A stretch of DNA of 64,000 nt, from positions 75,144,001 through 75,208,000 of the forward strand of contig OX597816.1 in NCBI GenBank assembly GCA_951406725.2, read 5' to 3'. Numbering within the stretch: position 1 is the stretch's first letter; every line of letters begins with the position of its first letter. The stretch is from Octopus vulgaris (lineage: Eukaryota). Below the pieces are notes generated by a model. It searched no databases and was not told the origin of the DNA. It saw only the letters and a list, made by a program, of their open reading frames with translations. Positions 11,621 to 24,623 of this stretch are shown here, piece by piece. A program made the translations under genes and the position numbers.

Positions 11621-12723
11621 GACACATTCATACACATATACACAAACATGTACACCTTGATTCTTCCCCCAGAATGAAGTGTTTATTACAGAGATGCTCA
11701 ATAAATAAGTGAAATAAATTAAATGAATTAGACCTATGAAAACATCTATGTGTAAAGTGGACTGGAAACTGAAAAGTTTTGAATATACAATACAAAGTAG
11801 ATACAGGCACATTACCTTTAATCCAAAACATATCTTCTTACAATTCTGTATGCCAAGTTGTCCACTGGTGTTACAAAAGGCAAAATTGTGACTGCAAGCT
11901 GATATGTATTAGCAGCAACATGGGGTCAGCACAATAAACAGGATGAAATAAATTGTTTACTCAGAATATTTTCAAAGGTTATATAAAAACCTGCAAAGAG
12001 TTTAAATGGGCCCAAGAATAAACTAAACCAAATTTATTTCTATTAGAATATTATGTGCCTGCATATTTTATAGCAGAACTGATCTGTTCATTAGTTTCGT
12101 TAAATTCTTTCTGCTGTTAGTTCAACTAAGACGCCTTCATTTACTTTCGTTACATGATTTATTTGTTGTTTCTCTCTGAGTGCAAATACATCCTGATCAG
12201 TTGCCTACGGAAATACTTTTTTCAAATCTTTTACAGCCAATATGTGTACAATATACCAATAATTGTCCTGTTGAAGCTTTCTTTAATCTCAAATGTACAT
12301 TGAGGTTAGTCTTCACCATTGACCACAAAAAACAAAATTTTTAAAAATCATTTTTGAAACATTTTTATTATCTTTTAGATGTCTTGCATTTGACATCAAT
12401 CATGAATTCAAAGAATGTCTAGTGATACCTCAGATCTTTAAAGAGTGACTAAGATTGAAAGAATTATTACTGGTGCATAGCTGCTTGGGATTAAATTCCA
12501 TAGTTTTAAATTGAGCAAGAAATACATCTCTGGTTAGTTCAGTTTAGCAAAGTAGATACTAGTACGTCAAAGAAATTAACTTACTAGTATTCTTATTCAG
12601 TGGGAAGAAAACTCAAAACTATGAAACTGTAACTTGTAAAACCACCCGCTTATAGATACAAACTAGCGTACAACTGTCATGCCTGTAATTTACATTCGTT
12701 GCTGTGGTTTTCATAATTATAAA

Positions 12724-13240
12724 TCTCTCTCTATATATGAACGGCAGTTTGTCTGTCTGTGTGTCTGTCAGGTTGTACCCTCACCCTGACCACGGCTTTC
12801 AACCGATTCTGATGAAACTTGACACACACATAGCCCAATGTCATAATTCAAAACTAACGCAGCGAAAATTTTGAAAAGTTCCCCCAGTTCTGAAAATAAT
12901 TGATAAATTCGACATGGGGTCGAGAATCTAAGCTTTTTATTTGCAACACATTTTCAGTTGTAGTTTTCGCAACTTGCAATCGATTTTCACCAAACTCATG
13001 GTGAAGCTTAATGCTACCCTAAGAAATTTAATTCTGTCGTTAGTTTTCCATGCAATACCTTACTATCAGAAAAAATCGATAAATTCATGCCATTTTGGGA
13101 AATCGCATTCAAATTCAAGATGACATATTTTCGACAATATCTTTCACAAATTGGCAGGAATTTTTTTTAAATTCACAGCGAGCATCATGTCTGCTCCAGG
13201 GGCTCTTACATACCCGGGCAATGCCGGGCTATGCTGCTAG
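12724..13240 (+). mobile_element. Non-autonomous Helitron 1
   Basis: A|TC 5' end (tctctctctatatat), subterminal hairpin cccgggcaatgccggg, 3' CTAG|T, no TSD. Confidence 0.8.
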
Positions 13241-13307
13241 TATAGTATAAATCTTTTGGTGGTAAGTTTGTGTTCACAATCATTGCTTATTTGTCATGGC
13301 TTTTCAG

Positions 13308-13382
13308 ATGAAACCTGATGTTGAGATATTTTTCGGAGATCCATTTGAACTGATAAAGAAACAAAACAGACAACTGATACAG
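13308..13382 (+). CDS. RNF212: RNF212 exon 3
   Basis: ttttcag acceptor; MKPDVEIFFGDPFELIKKQNRQLIQ; CAG|GTAATT; 75 nt, phase 0-0. Confidence 0.92.
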
Positions 13383-13441
13383 GTAATTTCTCAGGTTCTT
13401 GTAATTACTATTACTGATTTCTTCATATTCCACATGGAATA

Positions 13442-14003
13442 TCTATATATATAAAACTGTAGTTGTGTGAGTGTCTGTCCCCTTCGATTTAGATTCCTAA
13501 CTACTCCCACATTTTGCGGTGCAGTTTAACCAAAACCGGGTATCTTATAGTCGTGATTCATATTGAGCCCGTCTGGGTATTAGCGCGCGTCTACAATGAG
13601 TCTACGATTTTAAAAATAATTTAACATCATTTTTTATTCCATTTTAATGCATATTTTTTCACGTGTCGATGGTGGCGGAGTTGGCGTCCACGCTCACGCC
13701 TGCACCTGTGTTGCTTTTCCCCCTTCTTCCCTCCCTCGTGAAGCTGTGGGGAAGGGAGTGTAAGGAAATCAACGTCGTAATGCGTTGTCAAGGAGACCAG
13801 CATTCTTTTAGAACGACTTCATGGCTTGAAGACACCAAAACAGAAAATGTCTAAGATGAGTCAACGATTTAAAAAAAAATTTACCGTAATTTTTTTTCCA
13901 TTTTTAATGCATTTTTTTTGCTATTTTTTGGCTATAACTCTCTAAAAATGCTTATATAGTTATTTCCCTTACAAACCCGAGCAACGCCGGGCGATACTGC
14001 TAG
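13442..14003 (+). mobile_element. Non-autonomous Helitron 2
   Basis: A|TC 5' end (tctatatatataaaa), hairpin cccgagcaacgccggg, 3' CTAG|T; CpG-rich. Confidence 0.82.
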
Positions 14004-14182
14004 TTCTATATAATTTTTACAATATTTGATCAATATACTTATCTGGTTTTTAACATAGTTTAATGCACTGCAGCTTTGCTCTTTAATTTCCAGATAAATT
14101 TTGCTAAAAAAAAAAATGCTAAGTAGAAAATAGAAGTAAAAGTTGATGTTATATTGTATCATATGTAAAAACTATTTTGTAG

Positions 14183-14239
14183 GTCTTTGAATTTCAGAAA
14201 AATCACAGACGAAGATTTATTAACTATTTAAGAGATAAG
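14183..14239 (+). CDS. RNF212: RNF212 exon 4
   Basis: ttttgtag acceptor; VFEFQKNHRRRFINYLRDK resembles the conserved EFQ.kHr.Rl motif; ends at a GC donor, AAG|GCAAGT. Confidence 0.88.
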
Positions 14240-15889
14240 GCAAGTAATTTTTTCCATTCAGAATTTTCATTTTCTTCTTTTAATATTATTGTTATTATTA
14301 ATGTTGATGTTATTCTTATTAAAAGGAAGTGCATGACATAATCAGTAGAGCACCAGACAAAATATCTTGTGGTATTTTGTTCTGAGTTCAAATCCTGCTA
14401 TGGTTGACTTTGCCTTTCATCCTTCTAAGGTTAATAAAATAAATTTCAGTTAATAACTGGTTTTGGTATAATTGACTATTCTCTATCCCCAAATGCTGTG
14501 GCCTTCTACCATTTTCAGAAATCATTAATATTTTTAATTCTTTTATTACTAAGACAAAAGAATTCTATTGTTATTTCTATGGCAATAAATTTATTAATTT
14601 GATATCACTTGCATTTTTTTGGTCTACTTTGTTATCTGAAAACTGAAGGTCTGTATGCATAGGTTTACTCACTGCTAGAGAAGGATTGGATTTGTAGCAC
14701 TTAGAAATGTTATTGAACCATGTGGAAATTATATTCATTAATGTCATATTTAGCAACATCATACAGCATCAGATTTGCTGTGCTTTCATAGATTTATCAG
14801 TTTCTCTGATATGAAGGGCAAGGACCTGAAAAATTACATTCTTCACTCATCACATCAATTAAAGTTAACAAATTATTTTACAAACATTTCTATGGTCTAA
14901 TTGTTTCTAACCTGGCAGTGTCATTGGATTACAGATTTTATCCCTACATTTTACTCCTACATCTCAAAACTGAAAATGTAAATGTCATCTAGAGTCCCTT
15001 GGGTTTTGAGCCAACCCTAATTTTTCATTCTAATTTCATGGTGCAGAGTGGACAGCTTAGTTAACTGAGATTTAGAATTAAATGTCATGCCTTAAATTAT
15101 GAGATGCCAGCTGTGTCTCCTCAAATACCTACCCTTCTAGGCTATTCTCCTTTTTAGCTTTATAAAGGAAAAGAACCAAGATTTTCTGTCTCTTTTTGTC
15201 CTTACTATTTCACACCCTTAATTTTTTGTTGGCAATAGCCATACACTTTTTAGAAACTGACATTTTTTAAGCAAGTAGATTTAGAGATATATGTCCTTAC
15301 TGCTAACCATTCAACTTTGAAGGAAGAGTTGAAATATTCTGTTGATGGATATACCACAATAACTTAACAAGATTTAAACATTTAGTCTCCTCGGTAGTCT
15401 AGCATGTTAACCTAACAGCTGATATGTTTCAGTAGGAAAATATATTGTCTGATGCCATATTTAGAAAAGAAAAGTTGTTCGTATTGTCCTGCACAGTCAA
15501 CTCTCATCAAGCAGTTTTATGATCAAAGGTAACATTTCTCCCTCATATTTGGACATAGTCCGTCTAATGTATCATTCTTTTTAAGATGATAGGTTGTTAT
15601 TTAAAGGAGATTTGCTGGTGTTTCCTGCAGATTGTGTAGTCATGCACTCTGTTGGCTTATGTGCAAGTTATTTTATATGATTGAGAAGAGGAAGGGATAA
15701 ATCTGAGTGTCACCTTCAAAAGTATATTTGACACCTATCTCTCAATATGTTATTTGAACTGACTTCACCTCAAAGATAACAAAATTTAACATTATATAAG
15801 TCTTGAGGTAAAAAAAAAATACTGTATTGATGTGTAGTTACTATAAACGGACCATTGATTAATGGAATCTTTTTTTTTTTTTTTGCCAG

Positions 15890-15957
15890 GTGAACAAACA
15901 AAATGCTTACATCAAACAAATCAATCAAGCTCTTCAAGTGAGGCAAGATCTTCAAAA
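15890..15957 (+). CDS. RNF212: RNF212 exon 5 (coiled coil)
   Basis: poly-T gccag acceptor; VNKQNAYIKQINQALQVRQDLQ(K); AA|GTACGT, phase 2. Confidence 0.85.
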
Positions 15958-16396
15958 GTACGTAACACTGATTCTTTCAGAAACATTTTCCTAATGTACA
16001 GAGTTATTTCCTTTTCTTTTAATATTTTATGTCCATTTTATGGCATTAGGAAGGACATCCAGCTGTAAAACCATGCCAACAAGGAAGACAGACGTTAAAT
16101 GATGATGACAATGACAACAATGATTGAATGAATGAATGAAATAGTCTTCAGAAATTTATTTTTTTGTAGCAATTATTTATACACTTAGATGATGTTCTCT
16201 TCTGTTCTAACCACTAAACTATAAAGGAAGAGTGGAACCTGTTTGCTTATATCTATCAGTCAATATTTCTGCTATTTACTTACTGATTCTGGTCTTGTCT
16301 AAATGTCAGTCTCCTATTTATCACTATTCTGAGTGAAGTGTAGAAAATATTCTATAAATCACAAAAATATTCTTATGTATGGTAAATCCATTTCAG

Positions 16397-16454
16397 GGAT
16401 ATCAGCAAACTAATGGAAGAAAATCTTTATTTGAAGCGGTTAATCTCAGAAAAG
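16397..16454 (+). CDS. RNF212: RNF212 exon 6 (coiled coil)
   Basis: tttcag acceptor; DISKLMEENLYLKRLISEK in the frame required by exon 5; AAG|GTAAAT. Confidence 0.85.
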
Positions 16455-18705
16455 GTAAATGTTACTATGATCCATATCAGTTTCTCACTGATTTTTTTGC
16501 TCATGGACTCTTTTGATTCTTATTTTACTCAGATGGATCTTCGTAGCCATTCAATGTTTAAAAAAAATCATATTGTATTTTTATAATTAAATATTATTAG
16601 GAATTGTATAGAAAAAATTGTTAAATTATTTTGTGTATTGTACAAGTATAACCATTTATTGCTGATAAATTTTAACAACAAAATGTTATATAGTTGAGAA
16701 CCACAGAACTTTACTGATAATGTAGCAGATAAAAGAAGAGCATTTTGATATGTTGAAAATGTCATCTGATATTATCATTATCATTTCTTTATTTATTCCT
16801 TGTTGTTATGACTGCACTGAGGCTGAATCAGTCCTGACTACATCAAAATCATAATCCTTTGGTAATGTCAAACCAAGTGAAATCATAGTTGTGACCAGTG
16901 ACAGTGACTTGTAAAAAGCACCTGTGCTGGTGATATGTAAGAGGCAGCCACTACACTCTTGAGGTGATTGGCATTAAGAAAGGCACCCAGCCTTAGAAAA
17001 CAAACCAAATCAGACTGGAGCCTGGTACAGCTCTCTGGCTTACCAATTCCACTCAAACCATCTAACCCATGCCAGCATGGAAAACGGATGCTAAATAATA
17101 ATGATGATGATGATATAGAAGAAGTATATATTCTGATACAGAATTAATTTATATTTGTTGCCAGATTTTCATTCTGTTGTAAGCCTTCAGTTATGACTGA
17201 AGAGGGGTGACTGAAGGAATCATTCTACCAGTGTTCTTAACACGGTCGTCTTCCCTTTAATGGAGAGTATATTATACTTCGATTTGGGATTCAACATTAT
17301 GCTTTACTCATCTTCTTTTCTTCCCTTCTTCTGTCATTTTTCTCTTCTTTCTTATCATTCTCTCTGCACTCCTCATACCTTATCTCATTGTATTGACTAT
17401 ATATACATTAACTCTCATAAGATATTCTGTTATATCCTGTGGATAGCAGTTAATATTAAAATATACCTGCAAAGGCCTGTTTGTAATGATATTTGCTATG
17501 ACAGTCTACTTGTAACATTACCAACACAGATAAAACTACTTTGTGTAACAGTCACTGCTGATCTTTTTATGACTTCTAATGGATTAGTTACAAGAAGCAA
17601 AGAAGCATAGCCATCACTATAAGTTAGTATGACTTTTGCTAATTGTTTTAGGTTCTTTTGTAGTCACCTTGCTCTTTCCACTTTAAACCCATCAAGACGT
17701 CAAGGATACTACAGGTGGAAGAGGGAGCTGCATCTGCACTTAGCTGGCATTTAGTTTCATCTGAGTGGATGGAGTTAAGGATACAACATGCCGTCCAGTC
17801 CAGAAATCAAATTCAGACCTTATGATTGCGAGGCCAATACCTTCACTAGGCCAAGCACCTTAGTTACACAACCCTACAACACAAAAAAAAAAAAAAAAAG
17901 AGAGATAGTGTGTATAAATTGATTAACTCTAGATAAGAATATATAGTTTGGCTTACCCAGAAATAATTTTAAGTTCCCTGACATTCAAAAGATTATGGTT
18001 CTGACTTAATCAAAATTCCCTGAACTTCAGTGCTACCAGATCTGCACATACTATCTTGATGTTCTAATGATAAATGCTTGGCAATACATGTGTGAAAAAA
18101 TTTATTTTAAAACTAGCTTAAAGGCCACCCTATCAGGTGGCTTTTAAGCTAGCTCCTGTGGAGGGCTCTTCAATGGGTCTTGGGCCCAACAATGACACTT
18201 CATGCATTGAGTACATATTTATTAAACTTTACATTGAGTACATATTTATTAAACTTGAACAATATTTTTCAAGCAATGAACAATTTTCATCAAAACAATA
18301 ATATAATTTGTTGACATGGAACTTACTGGAAAGCTGTATGATAAACAACATTTTTTGTCTTCCCATTCGGGGTCAGTACAAATAGCTTGTTCCCATTCCC
18401 TGCCCTTGAACAACCAACATATAGCTGGCCATAGGCAACAATAAACATATCCTACCTTCTTAAAAATGATATTAAGACTTTGTGTACCATTAGATGCATG
18501 ACACTTAGAAAAAAAAGAAAAAGATAAGTCAGGGTGATCATTGCTGGAATGCCTTTTTGATCAAGAGGTCTACTCAATCAGAGCCAACTTGAGACTAAGC
18601 AGTAACAGCTGATGAAATCTATCATAGAAAAATAGTTTAAGGACTTCATTGATTTCATTACTATTTCCTAGAATCATCTCAAATGTTTTTGTTTTATATT
18701 TTCAG

Positions 18706-18725
18706 GGTTTAAATTCTGGAAGTAG
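18706..18725 (+). CDS. RNF212: RNF212 20-nt micro-exon 7
   Basis: ttttatattttcag acceptor and AG|GTAAGA donor; GLNSGS(R) is the only open frame; phase 0-2 links exon 6 to exon 8. Confidence 0.65.
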
Positions 18726-18954
18726 GTAAGATGATACTTTTAAAATTACTGTTAATAAGTAAAAAGTTGGATTTGACTTCACATAACTGTAGTCTTTTAT
18801 GTTTAAGTACATCTTAAGAATACGCTAGCAGTGACTCTGAGTTTCTATCTACATTTTAACTATCTAAACAATATTTCAATTAAACTATTCTCCAATCATT
18901 TTCAAGTGCCATACTTCTACATGTACATAAAGACTTGCCAGATTGCCAAACTAT

Positions 18955-19540
18955 GAGGTGGTATCAAAAAGTTCCTGGACTAGTTCTGTAGTGCACCAAC
19001 AGATGGCAGCAACAGTTGCATGTATGGTGAGAGCTAGTGGTGACCTTCATGAGACAGTGTGCTGAATGACATCACTGTGTTTACTTTGTAAGTTGTGAAA
19101 TTTTTGTTTTTGTGATCACGTATATACTGTAGTTTGTGATTTTGCCATGGACATGCAGCCAACGTAAAATTTCGCACTAAATTTGGGAAGTCTGCTACAG
19201 ACAGATTGATCATGCTTCAGCAAGTTTACAGCAATGTGGTAATGGGTTATACACAATATTTTGAGTGGCACAGGCACTTCAAAAGTTGAAGAACCTTCCT
19301 GAAGGATAACGAGCGATCTGGAAGATCCACCATGAATGTCACCCCTGAAAATGTGGTATTGTGTATTGAGAATTCATCCCTCAGGGCCAGACTATCAGTT
19401 GAGAGTTCTACTGTGATGCTTTGAAGCATTTGGGGGAGGACATTTGGCAAAAGTGACTGGATTTGTGGAGTGTGAAGAAATGGATTCTTCATGATGACAC
19501 TGCACCCTATTACCAAGTTCTCCTCACTCACGAGTAACAG
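18955..19540 (+). mobile_element. Internally deleted mariner
   Basis: left TIR-like tatgaggtggtatcaaaaagttcctggact; HTH and WILHDD.AP remnants. Confidence 0.7.
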
Positions 19541-20465
19541 CATTGTCAAGATCCAGAGCAAATCGCAGGAGGTCCTTGACTCACTTACAGAAAACGGCTT
19601 CTGAATGGTATTGCTGCTGCACAAACAAGTATCTTAGGCTACATACATCAAAGATAATTTCAACCAACTGACATTCTGTCACCTCTCTCTCCCTTTTATA
19701 CAGCTACTGTAATGGCCTTTTGCCCTTTGGATTTGGTTGGATTTGGATTTGGCCTCACCTCGAGGTTCCACACTAATCACTATACCTAATCTTTCCTTGA
19801 CAGAACATCAGTCTTCTGGAATTCTCTCTGTTCATATCTCTTCCATAGGTGTTGACTTATAATGGTTCAAGAGGAACATTAGTGGCCTCACTTTCATCGG
19901 GCACTGAGCCTTCCTGCACACCCAGCAAGTAAAAGGAAAATGATGGGCAAAACTCACTTATATGAACAGATTGTAATCACTAATTGACACACATACTGTT
20001 TCTATTTTTATCACTACTACAATAATGGCTTCTTCTTTTGCAAATCACACTATATGTCACCATTTCTCAGATACAACCAATATACCAGCCTCTCCTTGTG
20101 TCTCACTGGCCTTAAACTCCATACTAAACAGTTTTCCTCTTTCTCCCACATCTGCAAACTTTCAGAATTCTCTTCCTTGACACATTTTTCCTTCAAACAT
20201 TAAATAACAGATGTCTAGACAGAACATCAACTGCATTAATGTCATCAGTCTCGATGGTCTTCAAAGACCATGCGCACTGCCCTTCATATACTGACTATTA
20301 AACACACATGCACACACAACATCTCTTTTTCACAGCTACAATTGTACTTCACTTCAATAGTCACTGAATTTTATCAGAACTATTTTTGAATCAGTTGTTT
20401 TTTCTCTTATCTTTGCTTTATAACTTGAGCAATCTGAAGACCTTGGTTATTCTGTTTTCTTCTAG

Positions 20466-20515
20466 GAACTCAACACCAAGTAGACCATCATATCTTTCTA
20501 ATGTTCAGTCACATG
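20466..20515 (+). CDS. RNF212: RNF212 exon 8 (S/T/P-rich tail)
   Basis: ttttcttctag acceptor; NSTPSRPSYLSNVQSH; G|GTAAAT; phase 2-1. Confidence 0.75.
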
Positions 20516-20742
20516 GTAAATAATCTGAATTTATTTTCTTTGTTGTTTTCCCTACATTTAAAAAGTTTAACTGTGAAAAGCAAAACAAAGAAAAGAAACT
20601 AAACGTTTATAAATAGATAAGAAAATATCTTGAAATTTTAATTTCAAGTCTACTTAATACACTGCTTTCTTGTTTTTTAATTACAAAGTACAAGGAAGTA
20701 TGGACAATTCAATACCTATATGATGATGTCAATAAGATTGTA

Positions 20743-21231
20743 GTGGGAATATTCAGCAATTGCCAGATGTTGCAATTTGCTAGAATATTGCCCACATGAT
20801 AAACAAAATTCTAGTAATTTTGTACACAAAGACGAATATTGTTACTACAAATGACAAAACATTTAGAGAGCGTTTGTTCTTGGTGTAGTTGTAACAACAG
20901 ATAAAGTGTTGTTAGTTGTTTGACAGCTACTGACTTACAATGTCATTCGTCCTCTGACAGTTCATTGCCTTTGTGTTGTCATCTGCTGTTCACCATCTCT
21001 GTTGGCCAACTCCTACAGTATTTGTCAATGCTCTCTGCATCTTAAAGCTCTGTCTAGTAGTTACAATGTACTGGATTTATACTGGTTGATAGGTTCAGAA
21101 GGAAATGTACCAAAAGAAAAGATTGTCATGAGAGCCTATTTGATGCAAAGCTGTGGTTAGTCAGATTTTATTGGTCATATGGGCAATATTCTAATGAACT
21201 GTGACAGCAGACAATTGCTGAATATTCCCAC
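20743..21231. mobile_element. MITE with ~70-bp TIRs and TA flanks
   Basis: TA-gtgggaatattcagcaattg...agaatattgccca and the reverse-complement end ...caattgctgaatattcccac-TA. Confidence 0.8.
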
Positions 21232-24200
21232 TATATGATTGATTTTTAGCGTAACCTTTTGTTGTTTGATACTTGTAGAGAAAGTTTGGGCCAAGAGTTC
21301 CAGTGAGTTGCAATTCTGAAGAAGGAAAATTGAGAAAAATATTTAGTATAAGTTTTGGGAATGCGACAAGAAATCAAATGGCTGGTGTATCAGATGGCCT
21401 TCAGTGAAAGTTGTCAAAGTTTACTAATTCAAAGTGCTAGGAACTATTCTAGTAATGACAGAAGAGACAGAAAAGGGCACAGTATTCTGTAGCATGTTAA
21501 TATAAAACATTTGTACATTGATATTGGGCAACAAACTGTAGGGGTTGAAATATAGCTGATTTATAGCTGATTGAATTAACCACAGAACATACTGGGTTAT
21601 CATCCTCTTGAAAGTTGAAGTCAATCTTGATGCAATTTCAACTCAAGATGTAAAGAGGGGAAGCTAAATACTACAAACTAAATACTAACATTCTACCGGT
21701 TTTGCTAATTTGGCAACTGATAATCAATAATTGTTTCTAATTTAAGCATAAAACCAGCCAGCAGTTTTGAGAGGGGGAGGGCCTCATTGATACCAGTACT
21801 TGATCGGTGCTTTATTTTATTGACATTGGGCAGGATTTGAGCTCAAATAGCCTGATCAATAATGAAATTATTCAGGGTTAGTAATGATAGATAGCATCAA
21901 TAAAACTTTATTAAGAATATATGTCTAATTTTAGAAAGTGTGTAGTAAGACATAAATTTATTGTTTTCGCTGTAGCTTGAATTAGTTAATTGAGACAGAC
22001 CCTGACCTGTTAAGGTTAGCATTGCAAAAGTTTCAAACATCAACTTCAGCACAAGTCTGATGCGCATTCAAAAGTAAAAGTTAAGTCAGTTACAGCAAAG
22101 ACGTCAAGCTGTCCACTACCTATTTTCCAACTGCTCTCTCTCTCTGTCTCAATAGAGCATGGAAATATAACTTGGTGTTATTTTTGTAATTATGGCTATT
22201 AAGCCAAAGTAGTTTTAACAACTTTGAGACAATTTGCCTCTTTTCTTCACTTGACATTCGAATCAAGCTGTTAAGAAGCTTATATTGTTTTTACCCTGTT
22301 GCTGAATTTGACATCAGACAGCAAGAATTATATCTCCAGGATGACTCTCACACAATTGTATCGTGTAATTTATATCAGCTCAAACTTGAAACTTGTAAAA
22401 TATTACTGAGTGCAACTGTATTTATTCATGTCTTACAAAACTTATTCCTCCAGACTGAACATCTGCAATCTGTTGTTTTGAACACACTTCATTTTCTCCT
22501 GTGTTTTTACGTTTGTTCACCATTGTTCAGAAACAATAATAAAATTTGCATTTATTTGAACACTTATTTGATGCCTTCTGATCCTTATCGTTGCTTTTAT
22601 GTACAAACTGCCATCTACATTTTGATATTGAGTTTACATGCTAAACTCTTTTGCTAAAAGTGTGAGGCAAATATAAGAAGTATGAAGTTGTATGTTAGTG
22701 AAATATGACCAGTTTTTGAAATGTGATGTTGTATGTCAGTGAAACATAAGCAGTGATTACAAGATATTTACAGCTATTGGAGCAGAATAATTTTAAAGTA
22801 GTCTGTTAATTTATGAGAGGATTTGAATGGATGTAAGATAAGAAAAGGTTTGTGCATCAAAGGCATTGGCTGAATGTATGAAAGTGAGTTGGTTTGGTAG
22901 AGACATATGAAGGAAAAGGATTATATACATATTGAATGAAAAATTGCTGTGTTAGACATAGAGATGTATCTGTTGTTGGAAAAGACTGAGAATGACCTGA
23001 GAGGAATTTAATGAAATTAGCATGGGCAATGTAGTCATTCAATACACGATATTTATGAGAATGGAAACTGAAAGATGATAAAGATGTCAATAATGAAATG
23101 CAAATGGCTTTTTTATTATGTGGTAACATTATTCTCAGCTGATAAATACTATAGAAAAAAAACTGTCTTGTCAACAGAGCAGTGATCAAAAAATGGTCAG
23201 TTAGTTTCACAGCAGGTTTTCATAAAAAGTTTTATCTCCTAGCTGACCAAAGCCTTGTGAATGAATTTATTTCATAAAAACTGAAAGAAGCCTGTTTTGT
23301 TTGTTTGTTTGTGTGTGTGTGTGTGTGTGTGCACATGTGCATGCATGTTTGCTTATATTTACGCTCTACAAAAGTCACTAGCTTGCTTGCTTTGTGCCTT
23401 GTGAAAGAGATCCCTTAATTGGAAAGCAGGTAAGGGTTAGTAACAAGAAAGGCATCTAGCTGCAAAACAATGTTTCAATGATATATTCATTTAATCTATG
23501 TTAGCATGGAAAAACAGATGTAAAATGAATGAGTAAACAGTTATATGCATTTTCTCTCCGCCACAATAAGTCCATTCTACAAGAAGTTGTAAAGGAAATA
23601 ATAGGTATTTCTTACTTTGGCATTAGGCTGTAAATTGTGGGGCAGAGATGTAAAGAATTTAATAAATTGCAGTACTAGACTGGTATTTATTTATAGACCC
23701 TGAAAAATGGAAGGCTAAATCAACCTAGGTGAGATTTGTTCTGGTATGTAAATAGATGTAACTAAATGTCACTTCCTCATCATCATCCTTTATGTCTGTT
23801 TTCCACACTGGTATGGGTTGGATGGTTTCACCAGAGTTGGCAAGCAGGAGTGCTGCACTAGGTTCCAGTCTGATTTGGCTTGGTTTCTACAGCTGGATGC
23901 CCTTCCTAATGCCAACCACTTTAAAGAGTGTGCTGGGTACTTTTTACATGGCACTGGTATGGCAGCTTTTATGAGGTGTCAGAATGATTGCTATTACATG
24001 GTGCCAGTATGGGTGCCTTTTATGTGTCACTGGTACAGGTGCTTTTTATGTGACACCAGCACAGAGCTTTTGCAAGCCAATTCTCTTCAGCAAGGGGAGT
24101 GGCATTAACACTTCTGCTGTGGAGGAAGGGTCACATTGTTATTAATCTAATGGTCTACCATTCCTGCTATGCACTGCTCTCTATAAAAGAAATATTGATA

Positions 24201-24559
24201 ATCCAATTTAAATTTCAGGGTTCTCTCTCTTGCTTTCCTTGAAAAATTGCTAAGGACTTTTATTATAGGTTTCATTTCAATTAATTAAAAATTCTTTTTA
24301 GCTCACTGAACTATGTATGTTAGCCTGCACTTAACTATATGTTCTTAATGCAGAAGACATCCTTAGGAAATTTTCCAGTATCAGAGATATTGATTAATTA
24401 AGTTTACCAGTCTGAAAGAGTCATCAAAGACCATGGGTGGCATCCCTTCCCTCCTCGTCCCCCAACTATATAAGGCAGAACAAAAATTTTCATTACTGTT
24501 TCTATATTGAAACATAAATACTGTTTGATTTTAAACTGTTGTTTCTGTTTTTAAAATAG

Positions 24560-24623
24560 CTTCACCTTCATTATCTCCACGGGAGAATATGTCCATGTAT
24601 TCAAGAACCACTCCAAATCAGCA
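24560..24623 (+). CDS. RNF212: RNF212 exon 9
   Basis: aaaatag acceptor after a T-rich tract; (A)SPSLSPRENMSMYSRTTPNQ; CA|GTGAGT; phase 1-2. Confidence 0.75.

Noticed and set aside
17196-17252. Third hammerhead-like motif (ctgaagaggggtga...tcattct accagtgttcttaacacggtc)
   Set aside because: GAAA is missing and stem I cannot be paired with a valid cleavage triplet; at most a broken relic.
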